From: Candidatus Microgenomates bacterium
GTDB taxonomy: Bacteria; Patescibacteriota; Microgenomatia; JACQLA01
NCBI GenBank assembly: GCA_016204255.1
Contig: JACQLA010000003.1
Coordinates: forward strand, 42,255-106,254
DNA: 64,000 nucleotides
Direction of reading: 5' to 3'
Part shown: positions 54,169 to 61,881 of the stretch, piece after piece
Numbering within the stretch: the first letter of the stretch is position 1
How the letters are laid out: each line of letters opens with the position of its first letter
Notes under the pieces: model-generated
Databases searched by the model: none
Told to the model about the DNA's origin: nothing
What the model saw: only the letters and a program-made list of their open reading frames with translations
Position numbers and translations under genes: made by a program

Positions 54169-54492
54169 TCACGACAGAAAAGTGACAGTGATTATTGCGG
54201 CCCCAAAGAAAATGGATAAGTTACACAACATCACGATTAGACTAAATCTGGGTTTGCCATATTTTGTGTTAACCACAACAACTGTGCCACCTATCACCAA
54301 AGCAAAACCAACTGCCATAAATATTTCTTTAGAGGTGACTGAGACCAGAAGTGCCCCTAGAGTAGCTAATACGCCTCCACAGCTGTGTACCAACGTTGTT
54401 AAACGCGATGAGCGAGTAAGCAATATCAGGCCTAAAAGGCCTAGGACTACTCCTAAGACAAGGCATGTAAAACCCAAAACTATTAATAGCAT
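54169..54492 (-). CDS. small membrane protein (107 aa, about 4 TM helices), first gene of the island operon
   Basis: The SD is AAGGAGAAAGGAAAA-ATG. Confidence 0.55.
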   Translation of the reverse strand: MLLIVLGFTCLVLGVVLGLLGLILLTRSSRLTTLVHSCGGVLATLGALLVSVTSKEIFMAVGFALVIGGTVVVVNTKYGKPRFSLIVMLCNLSIFFGAAIITVTFLS

Positions 54493-54524
54493 TTTTCCTT
54501 TCTCCTTTTGGTTTTTTTAACCTT

Positions 54525-54695
54525 CCAATTTAGCTCCCCTGCCGGGTAGAAACGGGAATAGTCATTTCGAATGAAATGAGAAATCTAGGCACGCAGTGCC
54601 GCAAACATTATTACGCATCGCTAGATTTCTCGCCCCGAAGAATCGGGTCTCGAAATGACAGTGTACTTTTCTGCCCAAGAGGGGAGCGTGATTGG
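54525..54695. repeat. about 170-nt long imperfect palindrome built around a GTCATTTCGA ... TCGAAATGAC element
   Basis: There are two perfect stems: GTCATTTCGA (54561-54570) with TCGAAATGAC (54650-54659), and GAGAAATCTAG (54578-54588) with CTAGATTTCTC (54621-54631). Outer pairing adds GCTCCCCT with AGGGGAGC and CCAAT with ATTGG. Confidence 0.65.
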
Positions 54696-54875
54696 AAATT
54701 CAAGAAGAAAGATTTTATGCCCCCGAAATGTTAAAGTGCCCCCGTCGTTTTTAATTCTTCCCTTATATAACCCGCAAATGGGTTTTAAAAGAAAAATCTA
54801 ACGGGAATCTTTAGCCATCTCAGTTTGGACTTCGCTTAAAAAGTCTCTGAAAACAGCTAAAGCTCCGATCTTTTT

Positions 54876-54937
54876 CTTCGCTTACTCAAAATTGACCCTT
54901 AATAAATTTGAAGGGCTTGTCCTGAGTAAAACGAAGG
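54876..54937. repeat. second palindromic element (CTTCGCTTACTCA ... TGAGTAAAACGAAGG)
   Basis: The outer arms are near-complementary, and the inner CCCTT (54896-54900) pairs with AAGGG (54911-54915). It has the same style as the other elements. Confidence 0.4.
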
Positions 54938-54940
54938 ATT

Positions 54941-54980
54941 AAAACCGGGGAAAGGAGTTGTCTTTTGGGGGGCAGCTCCT
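54941..54980 (-). terminator. terminator-like hairpin downstream of the QPVTG surface-protein gene
   Basis: The minus strand reads AGGAGCTG-(12 nt)-CAACTCCT followed by TTCCCCGGTTTT. The stem has one mismatch. Confidence 0.3.
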
Positions 54981-54991
54981 CTCTCCAGGCT

Positions 54992-55630
54992 TTAACCGAG
55001 ATGGAGCTTTGTAAGTTTTCTTAAGAAGATACCGGTAATGCCGGCACCAAAGGAAACAGCAAGGATCATCAGCCAATCTTGAGGACCAGTAACTGGTTGG
55101 ATAGCTGCACCTAAAACTTTTCGCTCAATACAAACCTGCGCTGTGTCTTTATCCTGTTCATCGCCAGAAGAAACTTTAGCGGTGTTTACCACGCAGATCG
55201 TGGTTTTATCGCTTGGGATCTGATTTGCGGAAACAACTTTGGCTTTTATTTCCCGTTCCACAGTTTCACCCGGGTCTAAATCAGTTATTTCAAAAGAAAG
55301 ATCGCCGGCGGTGCGTTCAAGAAATGATGGTAATTCATCCGAAACGCTAACCTTATCAAATTTAGCATCGCCAACATTTTTAATTATCAGTTTGAAGGTA
55401 ATTTCATCAGCGGGATTAAATTTATGAGAAGTAATACCAAGATTATCAACAAATTTATTTTCCTGAGGATTAAAAACTTCTTTATCAATTTGGAGTTGGC
55501 CAGTTCGCACACAGACTTCGCCACCACCATATTGGGTTTCGCAACGAACGGCTGCAGTCGCCGGTTTGGCGTTTAAAACTAGCGCGACTAAAAAAGCAGT
55601 GATCAGATTTATTTGAATAAACTTTTTCAT
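54992..55630 (-). CDS. secreted cell-surface protein with a sortase-type C-terminal sorting signal (QPVTG + TM + basic tail)
   Basis: It has an N-terminal signal peptide (..AKPATAAV), a DUF11-like beta-rich body, and the C-terminus IQPVTGPQDWLMILAVSFGAGITGIFLRKLTK. Confidence 0.6.
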   Translation of the reverse strand: MKKFIQINLITAFLVALVLNAKPATAAVRCETQYGGGEVCVRTGQLQIDKEVFNPQENKFVDNLGITSHKFNPADEITFKLIIKNVGDAKFDKVSVSDELPSFLERTAGDLSFEITDLDPGETVEREIKAKVVSANQIPSDKTTICVVNTAKVSSGDEQDKDTAQVCIERKVLGAAIQPVTGPQDWLMILAVSFGAGITGIFLRKLTKLHLG

Positions 55631-55651
55631 TTTTGCGAAAAAACAATTACT

Positions 55652-55687
55652 ATTAAAAACTAAAAAACCTACTTTTCAGGGTAGGTT
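55652..55687 (-). terminator. rho-independent terminator
   Basis: The minus strand reads AACCTAC-CCTGAAAA-GTAGGTT followed by TTTTTAGTTTTT. It has a perfect 7-bp stem and lies downstream of the glutaredoxin-like gene. Confidence 0.55.
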
Positions 55688-55781
55688 AACCGGATTCTAA
55701 CACATTAAAACCTGTTTGTCAAGATTATAGGACTAATGGTACTACGGATGCCGCCAGCCTTACGTTAGCATCTTTTTGATT

Positions 55782-56024
55782 CTAAATTACATGCGGTACC
55801 GCCCCCAGACTTTTTACCATAATCTGCGTACCGTCATCCTGTGTGATTATAAAAAATGGTGCCCGGGTGAAATCCCCGTTCTCTGCATCCATCATTTCAA
55901 TAGATTTATTATCATCGTCAATTTTTATGTTCTCACAATAAATACCTTTCTCATCAAGATATTCTTTAAGAATAGTGCAATAAGAGCAATCGCCGGCGGA
56001 AAACATTCTTACATGAAGCTTCAT
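55782..56024 (-). CDS. glutaredoxin/NrdH-like thioredoxin-fold protein
   Basis: 80 aa with an N-terminal CSYC (CxxC) motif in a beta-alpha context. It has a strong SD (AAGGAGGTGAAA-ATG). Confidence 0.6.
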   Translation of the reverse strand: MKLHVRMFSAGDCSYCTILKEYLDEKGIYCENIKIDDDNKSIEMMDAENGDFTRAPFFIITQDDGTQIMVKSLGAVPHVI

Positions 56025-56179
56025 TTTTCACCTCCTTTCGTATTCGGTCGTAATTAATTCAAATGAGCACCAATCACCCCTATTAAAGCAGGAGTTAATT
56101 AAAAATTCTGTGGATTTAATTACAAGATTCAATGAAGATGGAAGAAAAAATGACGATATATCAAGCTAAACCGCTCAAT

Positions 56180-56854
56180 CTATCTGCGTTTGACCTTATT
56201 TATCTTTGAAGGGAAAAAGAGTGTGGAAAAAAGACTCATGGAGATTCCCAGTAAAGCTCCGCCGATCACGTCGCTTAACCAATGTTCACCCAAATAAACA
56301 CGGGAAACAGCCATTAGAAGAAGGAATGTCAATAAGCCTAGCTGAACGATAATTCGCCAGGAAGCCGAAACCCGCATATAAAGAAAAAGAATTAAAAAAA
56401 CAACTAAAAACGTGGTTCGAAAGGTATGGCCGGAAGGGTAGGAATTGCCGGTTCGAACGTATGTTGTCGGAAACACAAAATCCAAGGCTCCGCGATAAAA
56501 CAGGTGAGGTGGGGGAGAATGGGATAAAAATAGCTTTCCGACAAGTTCGATAAATTGGCCGATCCAAAACAAAAATAAGCTTGAACCCACCAACCAGTAT
56601 CGCTTTAAAAGCATAAATATCAAAAGCCCAAGCCAAACAAGGCCAGTGATTTCTGCTGAGCCGATAAGGCTTAACATCGAAAAGGGCAAATCCCAGTTGC
56701 GTGAAATCCTTCCCTGTATTTTCACAGTCGAGTCAAAGTCGATTTGGCTTAGCAAATCTCGTTTAACCATGTCCGTGAAAACTACAAAAGCCACAAAGGC
56801 AATAAAAGCCGATAAAAAGAGAATAATCTTTCTTTTACTTATTTTTTTTAGCAT
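56180..56854 (-). CDS. PAP2-family phosphatase (undecaprenyl-diphosphatase type)
   Basis: It has the PSGH (SYPSGHT) and SRxxxxxHxxxD (SRVYLGEHWLSD) motifs in a multi-TM protein. Confidence 0.8.
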   Translation of the reverse strand: MLKKISKRKIILFLSAFIAFVAFVVFTDMVKRDLLSQIDFDSTVKIQGRISRNWDLPFSMLSLIGSAEITGLVWLGLLIFMLLKRYWLVGSSLFLFWIGQFIELVGKLFLSHSPPPHLFYRGALDFVFPTTYVRTGNSYPSGHTFRTTFLVVFLILFLYMRVSASWRIIVQLGLLTFLLLMAVSRVYLGEHWLSDVIGGALLGISMSLFSTLFFPSKINKVKRR

Positions 56855-56904
56855 AATCCTCTAAAATAGTATAGCATTTACCTTCGGGAGAGAGAAGTTG
56901 GGCT

Positions 56905-57339
56905 CTACAACCGGCTTGCCATAATTAAAACCCCAGACATAGCTGCGTACCACCAATAGCAATCGGGAACTGGCCCCCACCATGTCGAATACCACCAAAT
57001 TTTACCCGGTTTGAATCTTTTCACGCCATAGTGCGGATTTAAAACAAACCAGAGAAAATCCTCAATTAACAAAAATTCAAGGAAAAGTCCGCTGATAAGA
57101 AGCTCTTTACGAAACTGCCAATCCGTGAAAAGAAACGGAAGATGGAAGATTAAAAGTAAAAAAACAATCATGTAAACATGATAACCCGTCCACGGTCCGC
57201 CTCCGGTCAGCTTTACAATCCAGCCCTTTTTACGCCAGGTTGGCAGATCGGCCGCCCAGCCATTTTTCCCCTCGATTTGAATTTCCCAAAGAGCAAAGGC
57301 GACAGAAAGAATTACCGTATAAATCTCAAAAATTAACAT
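56905..57339 (-). CDS. hypothetical membrane protein (W-rich, about 4 TM helices)
   Basis: The hydrophobic pattern supports a membrane protein. I recognise no family. Confidence 0.45.
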   Translation of the reverse strand: MLIFEIYTVILSVAFALWEIQIEGKNGWAADLPTWRKKGWIVKLTGGGPWTGYHVYMIVFLLLIFHLPFLFTDWQFRKELLISGLFLEFLLIEDFLWFVLNPHYGVKRFKPGKIWWYSTWWGPVPDCYWWYAAMSGVLIMASRL

Positions 57340-57342
57340 TTT

Positions 57343-57780
57343 TTAATAGTCCAATTTATTAATCCAATCGGGAACCTTAACCCCAAGGGGCGCATCATAT
57401 TGTGGAGTATAGGGTTTAATATCTAAAATGGGTGTATTATCAATAACATCCAGACCTTTTACAGTTACCACATTCTTCTTGATTGACAATAATTTCACCG
57501 TACTAATACCTATCGGATTGGGACGCTGAGCGCACCGGCACGCAAAAATTCCAACCTCAGGTACCTCCCCAATTTTACCCTGGGGCACATGCCGAAGTTC
57601 ACAACTTTTAATCTCATGCAACCAATAGATAACAATCAGGTGCGAATAATCATCCAAACCCATTAATCCATCTTTAAAGTCATCATTAACCACTAAATCT
57701 GTAACAACTTCATCCCAGCCACCAAAATGACCTTTTTCCTTGTTTTTTGCAAAACCAATAGGTTTTAATTTTATTTCCAC
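57343..57780 (-). CDS. trmO: tRNA (t6A37-N6)-methyltransferase TrmO (TsaA/YaeB family)
   Basis: It has the RPNPIGISTVKLL and DNTPILDIKPY motifs. Confidence 0.8.
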   Translation of the reverse strand: MEIKLKPIGFAKNKEKGHFGGWDEVVTDLVVNDDFKDGLMGLDDYSHLIVIYWLHEIKSCELRHVPQGKIGEVPEVGIFACRCAQRPNPIGISTVKLLSIKKNVVTVKGLDVIDNTPILDIKPYTPQYDAPLGVKVPDWINKLDY

Positions 57781-57795
57781 AAAAATTATGATTTT

Positions 57796-58734
57796 CTAAA
57801 AATCACTCACAAACCGGTATGCGGCATTGGTGTTTTTTTGAAGGTGGGTTTTAGCCAGGTTTGTTGTGATCATCCACTTTTGGCCCAATGACCTTTCAAT
57901 CGGCTTGATTTTTGCCTGAACTGGTTTTACCGTAAGAAGGGAAAGGAAAATCGAAAAAATTATTAAAACAAAGGCCCAGTCTGGGATAAACCGCATTGGA
58001 GCCAGCCTTTTTGGTCCCCGAACAGCTTCCCGTTGAACTGCGGATTTATCTTTTGCCAGGTAGAGACGGATGGCGGTAAAAATAAAATAATCCAAAAATC
58101 CAAGGATAATTCCATTTTGAACCCGCCGACCGGAAGTTAAAACCTTAAGTTTTGGCTCAAGTCTCACTTTTCCCAAGCTTTTAAGCCGATCCAGGATTTC
58201 CTGTTCTTCATTTATGGACAAATCTGTATTAAACCCCCCAATTTGATGAAAAGAGGAGGATTTGATAGCCATATTTGCCCCGCAATAACTCCCGGAGATA
58301 GCAAGATATGGATAGATCATAAATTTAGATCCCAAGCGCACAACCCAAGGACCATCCCTAAATTCACAAATACCTGAATAACCAACTAGATTCCGGTCTT
58401 TAAAAAACTCATCGGCAATGGTGGAAAGCCAATTGGGGGGAACGATTGTATCAGCATCGGTGGCGGCAATTATTTCCCCGCTAGCTACCTCAAAGCCTCT
58501 TTGACGGGCCAAGCCGATACTACGCCGTGATTCATAAATTACTTTAACGCCTAAGCCCTTGGCTATCCGGGAAGTTTGGTCGGTTGAGCCGTTATCAACC
58601 ACAATTATTTCGGCCTTACCTTTATAATCCTGCCCGATAAGAGCGCGCAGGGTATCACCAATAAATTTTTCCTCGTTATAAGCAGGGACAACAATAGAAA
58701 TAAGCGGGCAATCTTTTCCATCGTTTCCGGGCAT
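57796..58734 (-). CDS. glycosyltransferase family 2
   Basis: It has the ISIVVPAYNEE N-terminus and DADT (DxD), plus a C-terminal TM helix. Confidence 0.8.
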   Translation of the reverse strand: MPGNDGKDCPLISIVVPAYNEEKFIGDTLRALIGQDYKGKAEIIVVDNGSTDQTSRIAKGLGVKVIYESRRSIGLARQRGFEVASGEIIAATDADTIVPPNWLSTIADEFFKDRNLVGYSGICEFRDGPWVVRLGSKFMIYPYLAISGSYCGANMAIKSSSFHQIGGFNTDLSINEEQEILDRLKSLGKVRLEPKLKVLTSGRRVQNGIILGFLDYFIFTAIRLYLAKDKSAVQREAVRGPKRLAPMRFIPDWAFVLIIFSIFLSLLTVKPVQAKIKPIERSLGQKWMITTNLAKTHLQKNTNAAYRFVSDF

Positions 58735-58755
58735 ATAATTCAGATTACACTAATT

Positions 58756-59751
58756 TTAAAAATTGTGCAAAGCCGGCAACCGCACCTTTGATCTTTGCAA
58801 AGAAAGATAGGAAACAAAGCCCATCGGGATTGGCAACCAAAAAGAAAGCAACCGAAAAATAAAAACCGCGCCGATTGCGATTTTTGGCTCAACCCCCGCA
58901 TTTAAAAAGATCAAAAGCAGCGTGGCTTCCGATGCTCCCAGCCCGGCCGGGGCGAAAGTTATGAGCCCGGCTGTGACTGAAACCACGTAAGCAAAACTCA
59001 AAAGCGCAATGGACGGCATATTGCCAAAAGCAATGAAGGCAAAAGCCAAAGTCGCAATATTGGTCAGATGGTAAATAGACGCCGCAACAAAGGCCAAAAA
59101 AATCCCTCCGGGCTGAAGTAGAATTGAACGTTTATAGTGTTTCCAGCTTCCCAGATACTCAAGAAATTTTTTGGTAAAGGCGTACTTTACTAACTGTTTT
59201 TGAAGGACTGTGATTAAAGACCGCCTTTTGATAATTAAGATCCCGCCGGCGGATAAAAGCGGCCCGACGGCAATAAGACTAAAGGCGGGTAAATGGAATG
59301 ACGGTAAAAAAGCATCAGGTAAAAATAGAGCCGAGGCGAGAAATATAAAAAGAAGAGTCAGGTTGCTGATTAAACCCCAGGCAAAAGATAAAAAAACAAT
59401 TCTGCCGGTATTAACACCCAGTTTTTTATAAAAATGGAAAATTGCCGCCATAGCCCCAGCCTGCCCGACCGGTAAAAGGTGAGCCGCAAAAACACTCAAG
59501 GATGCGATTTTAATCGTATCTTTGAAATTCACCCGAAAATCAACAAGCCTAAGAAGTATTTGCGACAGCCAACCATCGCCGATGTACTGCCCCGATTGAA
59601 AAATTAAGGCGACAAAAACCCATTTCCATCTAATATCTCCCCAAAGATTCCTCAATTCCCTAAGGCTCTCAAAATGAGGAGAAAGTTTTATCGAGGCAAT
59701 AAAAATTAACGCGGCGAGTAAAAGAAATCGAGATAATTTGATAATCCTCAT
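58756..59751 (-). CDS. flippase-like / lysylphosphatidylglycerol-synthase TM-region (UPF0104) membrane protein
   Basis: About 8 TM helices. Pairing with a GT2 gene is typical. The family call is from memory. Confidence 0.55.
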   Translation of the reverse strand: MRIIKLSRFLLLAALIFIASIKLSPHFESLRELRNLWGDIRWKWVFVALIFQSGQYIGDGWLSQILLRLVDFRVNFKDTIKIASLSVFAAHLLPVGQAGAMAAIFHFYKKLGVNTGRIVFLSFAWGLISNLTLLFIFLASALFLPDAFLPSFHLPAFSLIAVGPLLSAGGILIIKRRSLITVLQKQLVKYAFTKKFLEYLGSWKHYKRSILLQPGGIFLAFVAASIYHLTNIATLAFAFIAFGNMPSIALLSFAYVVSVTAGLITFAPAGLGASEATLLLIFLNAGVEPKIAIGAVFIFRLLSFWLPIPMGFVSYLSLQRSKVRLPALHNF

Positions 59752-59791
59752 TAACTGCTATATCCAGTTGGTATCTGGATTATAATCGTCA

Positions 59792-60724
59792 TTATAGCCC
59801 AAAAGAAGTCAGTGGGGCATTCCCGATATGAATGCGATGAAGATTCATAATAAATGAGTCGCACTGGTTAAACCCGTGGACGGTTGAAAATGCCGCCACA
59901 AAACCATTTTGCCGAAGTACCTCAATAACCTGTGCATTAGTTGCACCATACGGATAAAAGAAAATATTACTTGATCTTCCCAGGTTATCCTCGAGTTGTC
60001 TTTGAGCAGTTAAAACTTCTGCCTTCATTTTCTCCGCAGGCAGGGCTGCAAGGGAAGCATGTGACCAGGTATGATTATAGGCAAAAACAAGCCCGCTGCC
60101 TACCATTTCTTTGAGTTGGGCCCAGGTTAAATAACCCTTATTTTCCATAAGGCCGGTCGGGATCATTATATTGGCAACCAGATGATATTTTTGCAAAAGA
60201 GGATAAATATAGGTATAAAAATCCTCATAGCCGTCATCAAAAGTCAAAAGGACGCTTTTTGATGGAAGTTCCTTGTGATTTATAAGCGCGTCGACTAATT
60301 GCTCTGCAGAAATTGTTTGGTAACCGGCTGATAGCAAATAACTCAGCTGACCGTCGAAAATCTCACTGTCAACATTAAGATTGGTGTGTCCCTCTTTACT
60401 TGCTGTCTCCATCGGCTCAACGTGGTGATAAAGAAGAACCGGCGCCCGTAAACAGAAGCCGGACAACAGATTGCCTGAAACCTCCGGCGTTTTAGTAGGG
60501 GCCGGAGACATCGTTGGAAGAACCACCGCCGATGAAGTTGCCGATGAAACATCTTCAAATGAGGCTACAGCGCCTTTCTGCAGCGATTTTGGCTGGATGT
60601 TAAGCAAACTATCATTCCGGGCCGAAAAGGACAAAAGCACCGCAAAAAGAAACGCGATGATTATTTTTGCAAAGAAATTTTTACCCAGTTTTTTATCCAT
60701 AGGCGGTTTATGCATAAATTGCAT
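59792..60724 (-). CDS. polysaccharide deacetylase (NodB domain), membrane-anchored
   Basis: It has the TFDDGYEDFY and HTWSH motifs. An alternative start is the Met at 60700. Confidence 0.8.
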   Translation of the reverse strand: MQFMHKPPMDKKLGKNFFAKIIIAFLFAVLLSFSARNDSLLNIQPKSLQKGAVASFEDVSSATSSAVVLPTMSPAPTKTPEVSGNLLSGFCLRAPVLLYHHVEPMETASKEGHTNLNVDSEIFDGQLSYLLSAGYQTISAEQLVDALINHKELPSKSVLLTFDDGYEDFYTYIYPLLQKYHLVANIMIPTGLMENKGYLTWAQLKEMVGSGLVFAYNHTWSHASLAALPAEKMKAEVLTAQRQLEDNLGRSSNIFFYPYGATNAQVIEVLRQNGFVAAFSTVHGFNQCDSFIMNLHRIHIGNAPLTSFGL

Positions 60725-60810
60725 TATATCGCGATGACAGCCGAGATTCCAGTGGTAGTCTATTCCCTAAAATTAAATTTACCAAAGGGCTATTATCATA
60801 CGGCCTTATT

Positions 60811-60840
60811 TTGATTCCGTCTTCCCCCCAATGGTATAAT
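60811..60840 (+). promoter_or_regulatory. sigma70-type promoter (TTGATT-18 nt-TGGTATAAT); 10 nt separate the -10 box from the ATG
   Basis: TTGATT lies at 60811-60816 and TATAAT at 60835-60840. Confidence 0.45.
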
Positions 60841-60850
60841 TTTATTGAAA

Positions 60851-61183
60851 ATGAAAAGTATTTTTCTAATCACACTCTCAATAACATTATTGATAATTGC
60901 CTTTTCTGTCGCTTATTATTTTTTATTCTTCCTTCCAAACCAGGAAAAGGTAAGACGTGAGCTGGAACTTAAAAAAACCGAGCTTCAAACTAAGACAACT
61001 TTTGACTCTTGCTATGAAAAGTGTGTAAAACTGGGTTATCCACCGACAAATAACACCTGTGGCCCGGAAACTCATTTGGGAACTGGAAAGACTGATGTGC
61101 CGGGAACAAGTTATAAGGCCGGAGACCCATGGTGTTTTATTAACGAAGGTTTTTGCATTCGGGCCTGCAAAACTGCCGAATAA
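60851..61183 (+). CDS. hypothetical membrane-anchored Cys-rich small protein
   Basis: It has one N-terminal TM helix and six Cys residues in the ectodomain. It lies upstream of the DsbB-family gene. Confidence 0.4.
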   Translation: MKSIFLITLSITLLIIAFSVAYYFLFFLPNQEKVRRELELKKTELQTKTTFDSCYEKCVKLGYPPTNNTCGPETHLGTGKTDVPGTSYKAGDPWCFINEGFCIRACKTAE

Positions 61184-61188
61184 ACCGT

Positions 61189-61614
61189 ATGTTGAATTTT
61201 CTTCAGCGCAATGCATTATATATTGCCATTACACAGGTATTGGCCGGCGTATTTGGCAGTCTTTATATAAGTGAACTAATGAAGCTCCCACCCTGTAATT
61301 TATGCTGGTATCAACGAGCTCTTCTCTATCCGCTGGTAATAATCATTGGCTGGGGACTAATCCGAAAAGACAAAAATTTACATTTTTACGTATTGCCGTT
61401 TAGCGTTGGCGGGCTAATAATCGCCAGCTACCACTTCTTACTGCAAAATGGTCTTGCGGGAAAAAGCCTTGCCGGCTGCACGCTTAATATTCCTTGTGAT
61501 GTAAAACAGATTGAATGGTTTGGTTTTATTACAATCCCATTACTTTCCTTCGCGGCATTCTTTGTCGTCACAATCTGTATTCTGGCCGCCAGAAAAAATA
61601 TACCTACCAGTTAA
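61189..61614 (+). CDS. disulfide bond formation protein (DsbB/BdbC family)
   Basis: It has LPPCNLCWYQR (a CxxC in TM1) and a second Cys pair (CTLNIPC) in a 4-TM protein. I prefer the start at the ATG at 61189. Confidence 0.75.
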   Translation: MLNFLQRNALYIAITQVLAGVFGSLYISELMKLPPCNLCWYQRALLYPLVIIIGWGLIRKDKNLHFYVLPFSVGGLIIASYHFLLQNGLAGKSLAGCTLNIPCDVKQIEWFGFITIPLLSFAAFFVVTICILAARKNIPTS

Positions 61615-61624
61615 TCATTCATCA

Positions 61625-61810
61625 TCATTTTTCGAAATACGCATAGAGATGGCCGAAAATACCTATCGCCAAAAAAACCATGCCATAACGAACAGGGTGC
61701 GGATTAAAATAACCATTGGCTAATAACGCGCCCAAACCCAAGCCGACAAAAACATGCGAAATAGAGTTCATATAAACATGTTTTGAAAAGTATTTCTCAA
61801 TTTTTTTCAC
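61625..61810 (-). CDS. hypothetical small membrane protein (61 aa)
   Basis: It has two hydrophobic helices. Confidence 0.35.
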   Translation of the reverse strand: MKKIEKYFSKHVYMNSISHVFVGLGLGALLANGYFNPHPVRYGMVFLAIGIFGHLYAYFEK

Positions 61811-61881
61811 GATCTCACCACCTTTCTATACAAAAAAACAGATCTAAAAATAGGATAGGGGAATTAATAAGAAAAAGCAAA

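Larger units (their letters stand above)
49126..54560. mobile_element. compositionally distinct (GC-richer) island, putative horizontally acquired segment
   Basis: Hand counts of 60-nt lines give 47% (49381) and 65% (50161) GC inside, against 35% (48601) outside. All genes are on the minus strand with strong SD sites. It is flanked by related repeat elements. No integrase or transposase is present. Confidence 0.5.

Noticed and set aside
51275-54520. Plus-strand ORFs inside the island (51275-51703 at 142 aa, 54086-54520 at 144 aa, 52121-52372, 52610-52897 and others).
   Set aside because: They have no SD sites and low-complexity or odd composition. The opposite strand carries contiguous, SD-led, hydrophobic ORFs with coupled starts and stops. 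I treated the plus-strand ORFs as antisense shadow ORFs.
56025-56179. The 155-nt region upstream of the glutaredoxin-like gene, inspected for a riboswitch.
   Set aside because: It contains only AT-rich hairpins (TAATTAAA with TTTAATTA). I found no consensus that I recognise for TPP, SAM, preQ1 or cobalamin.
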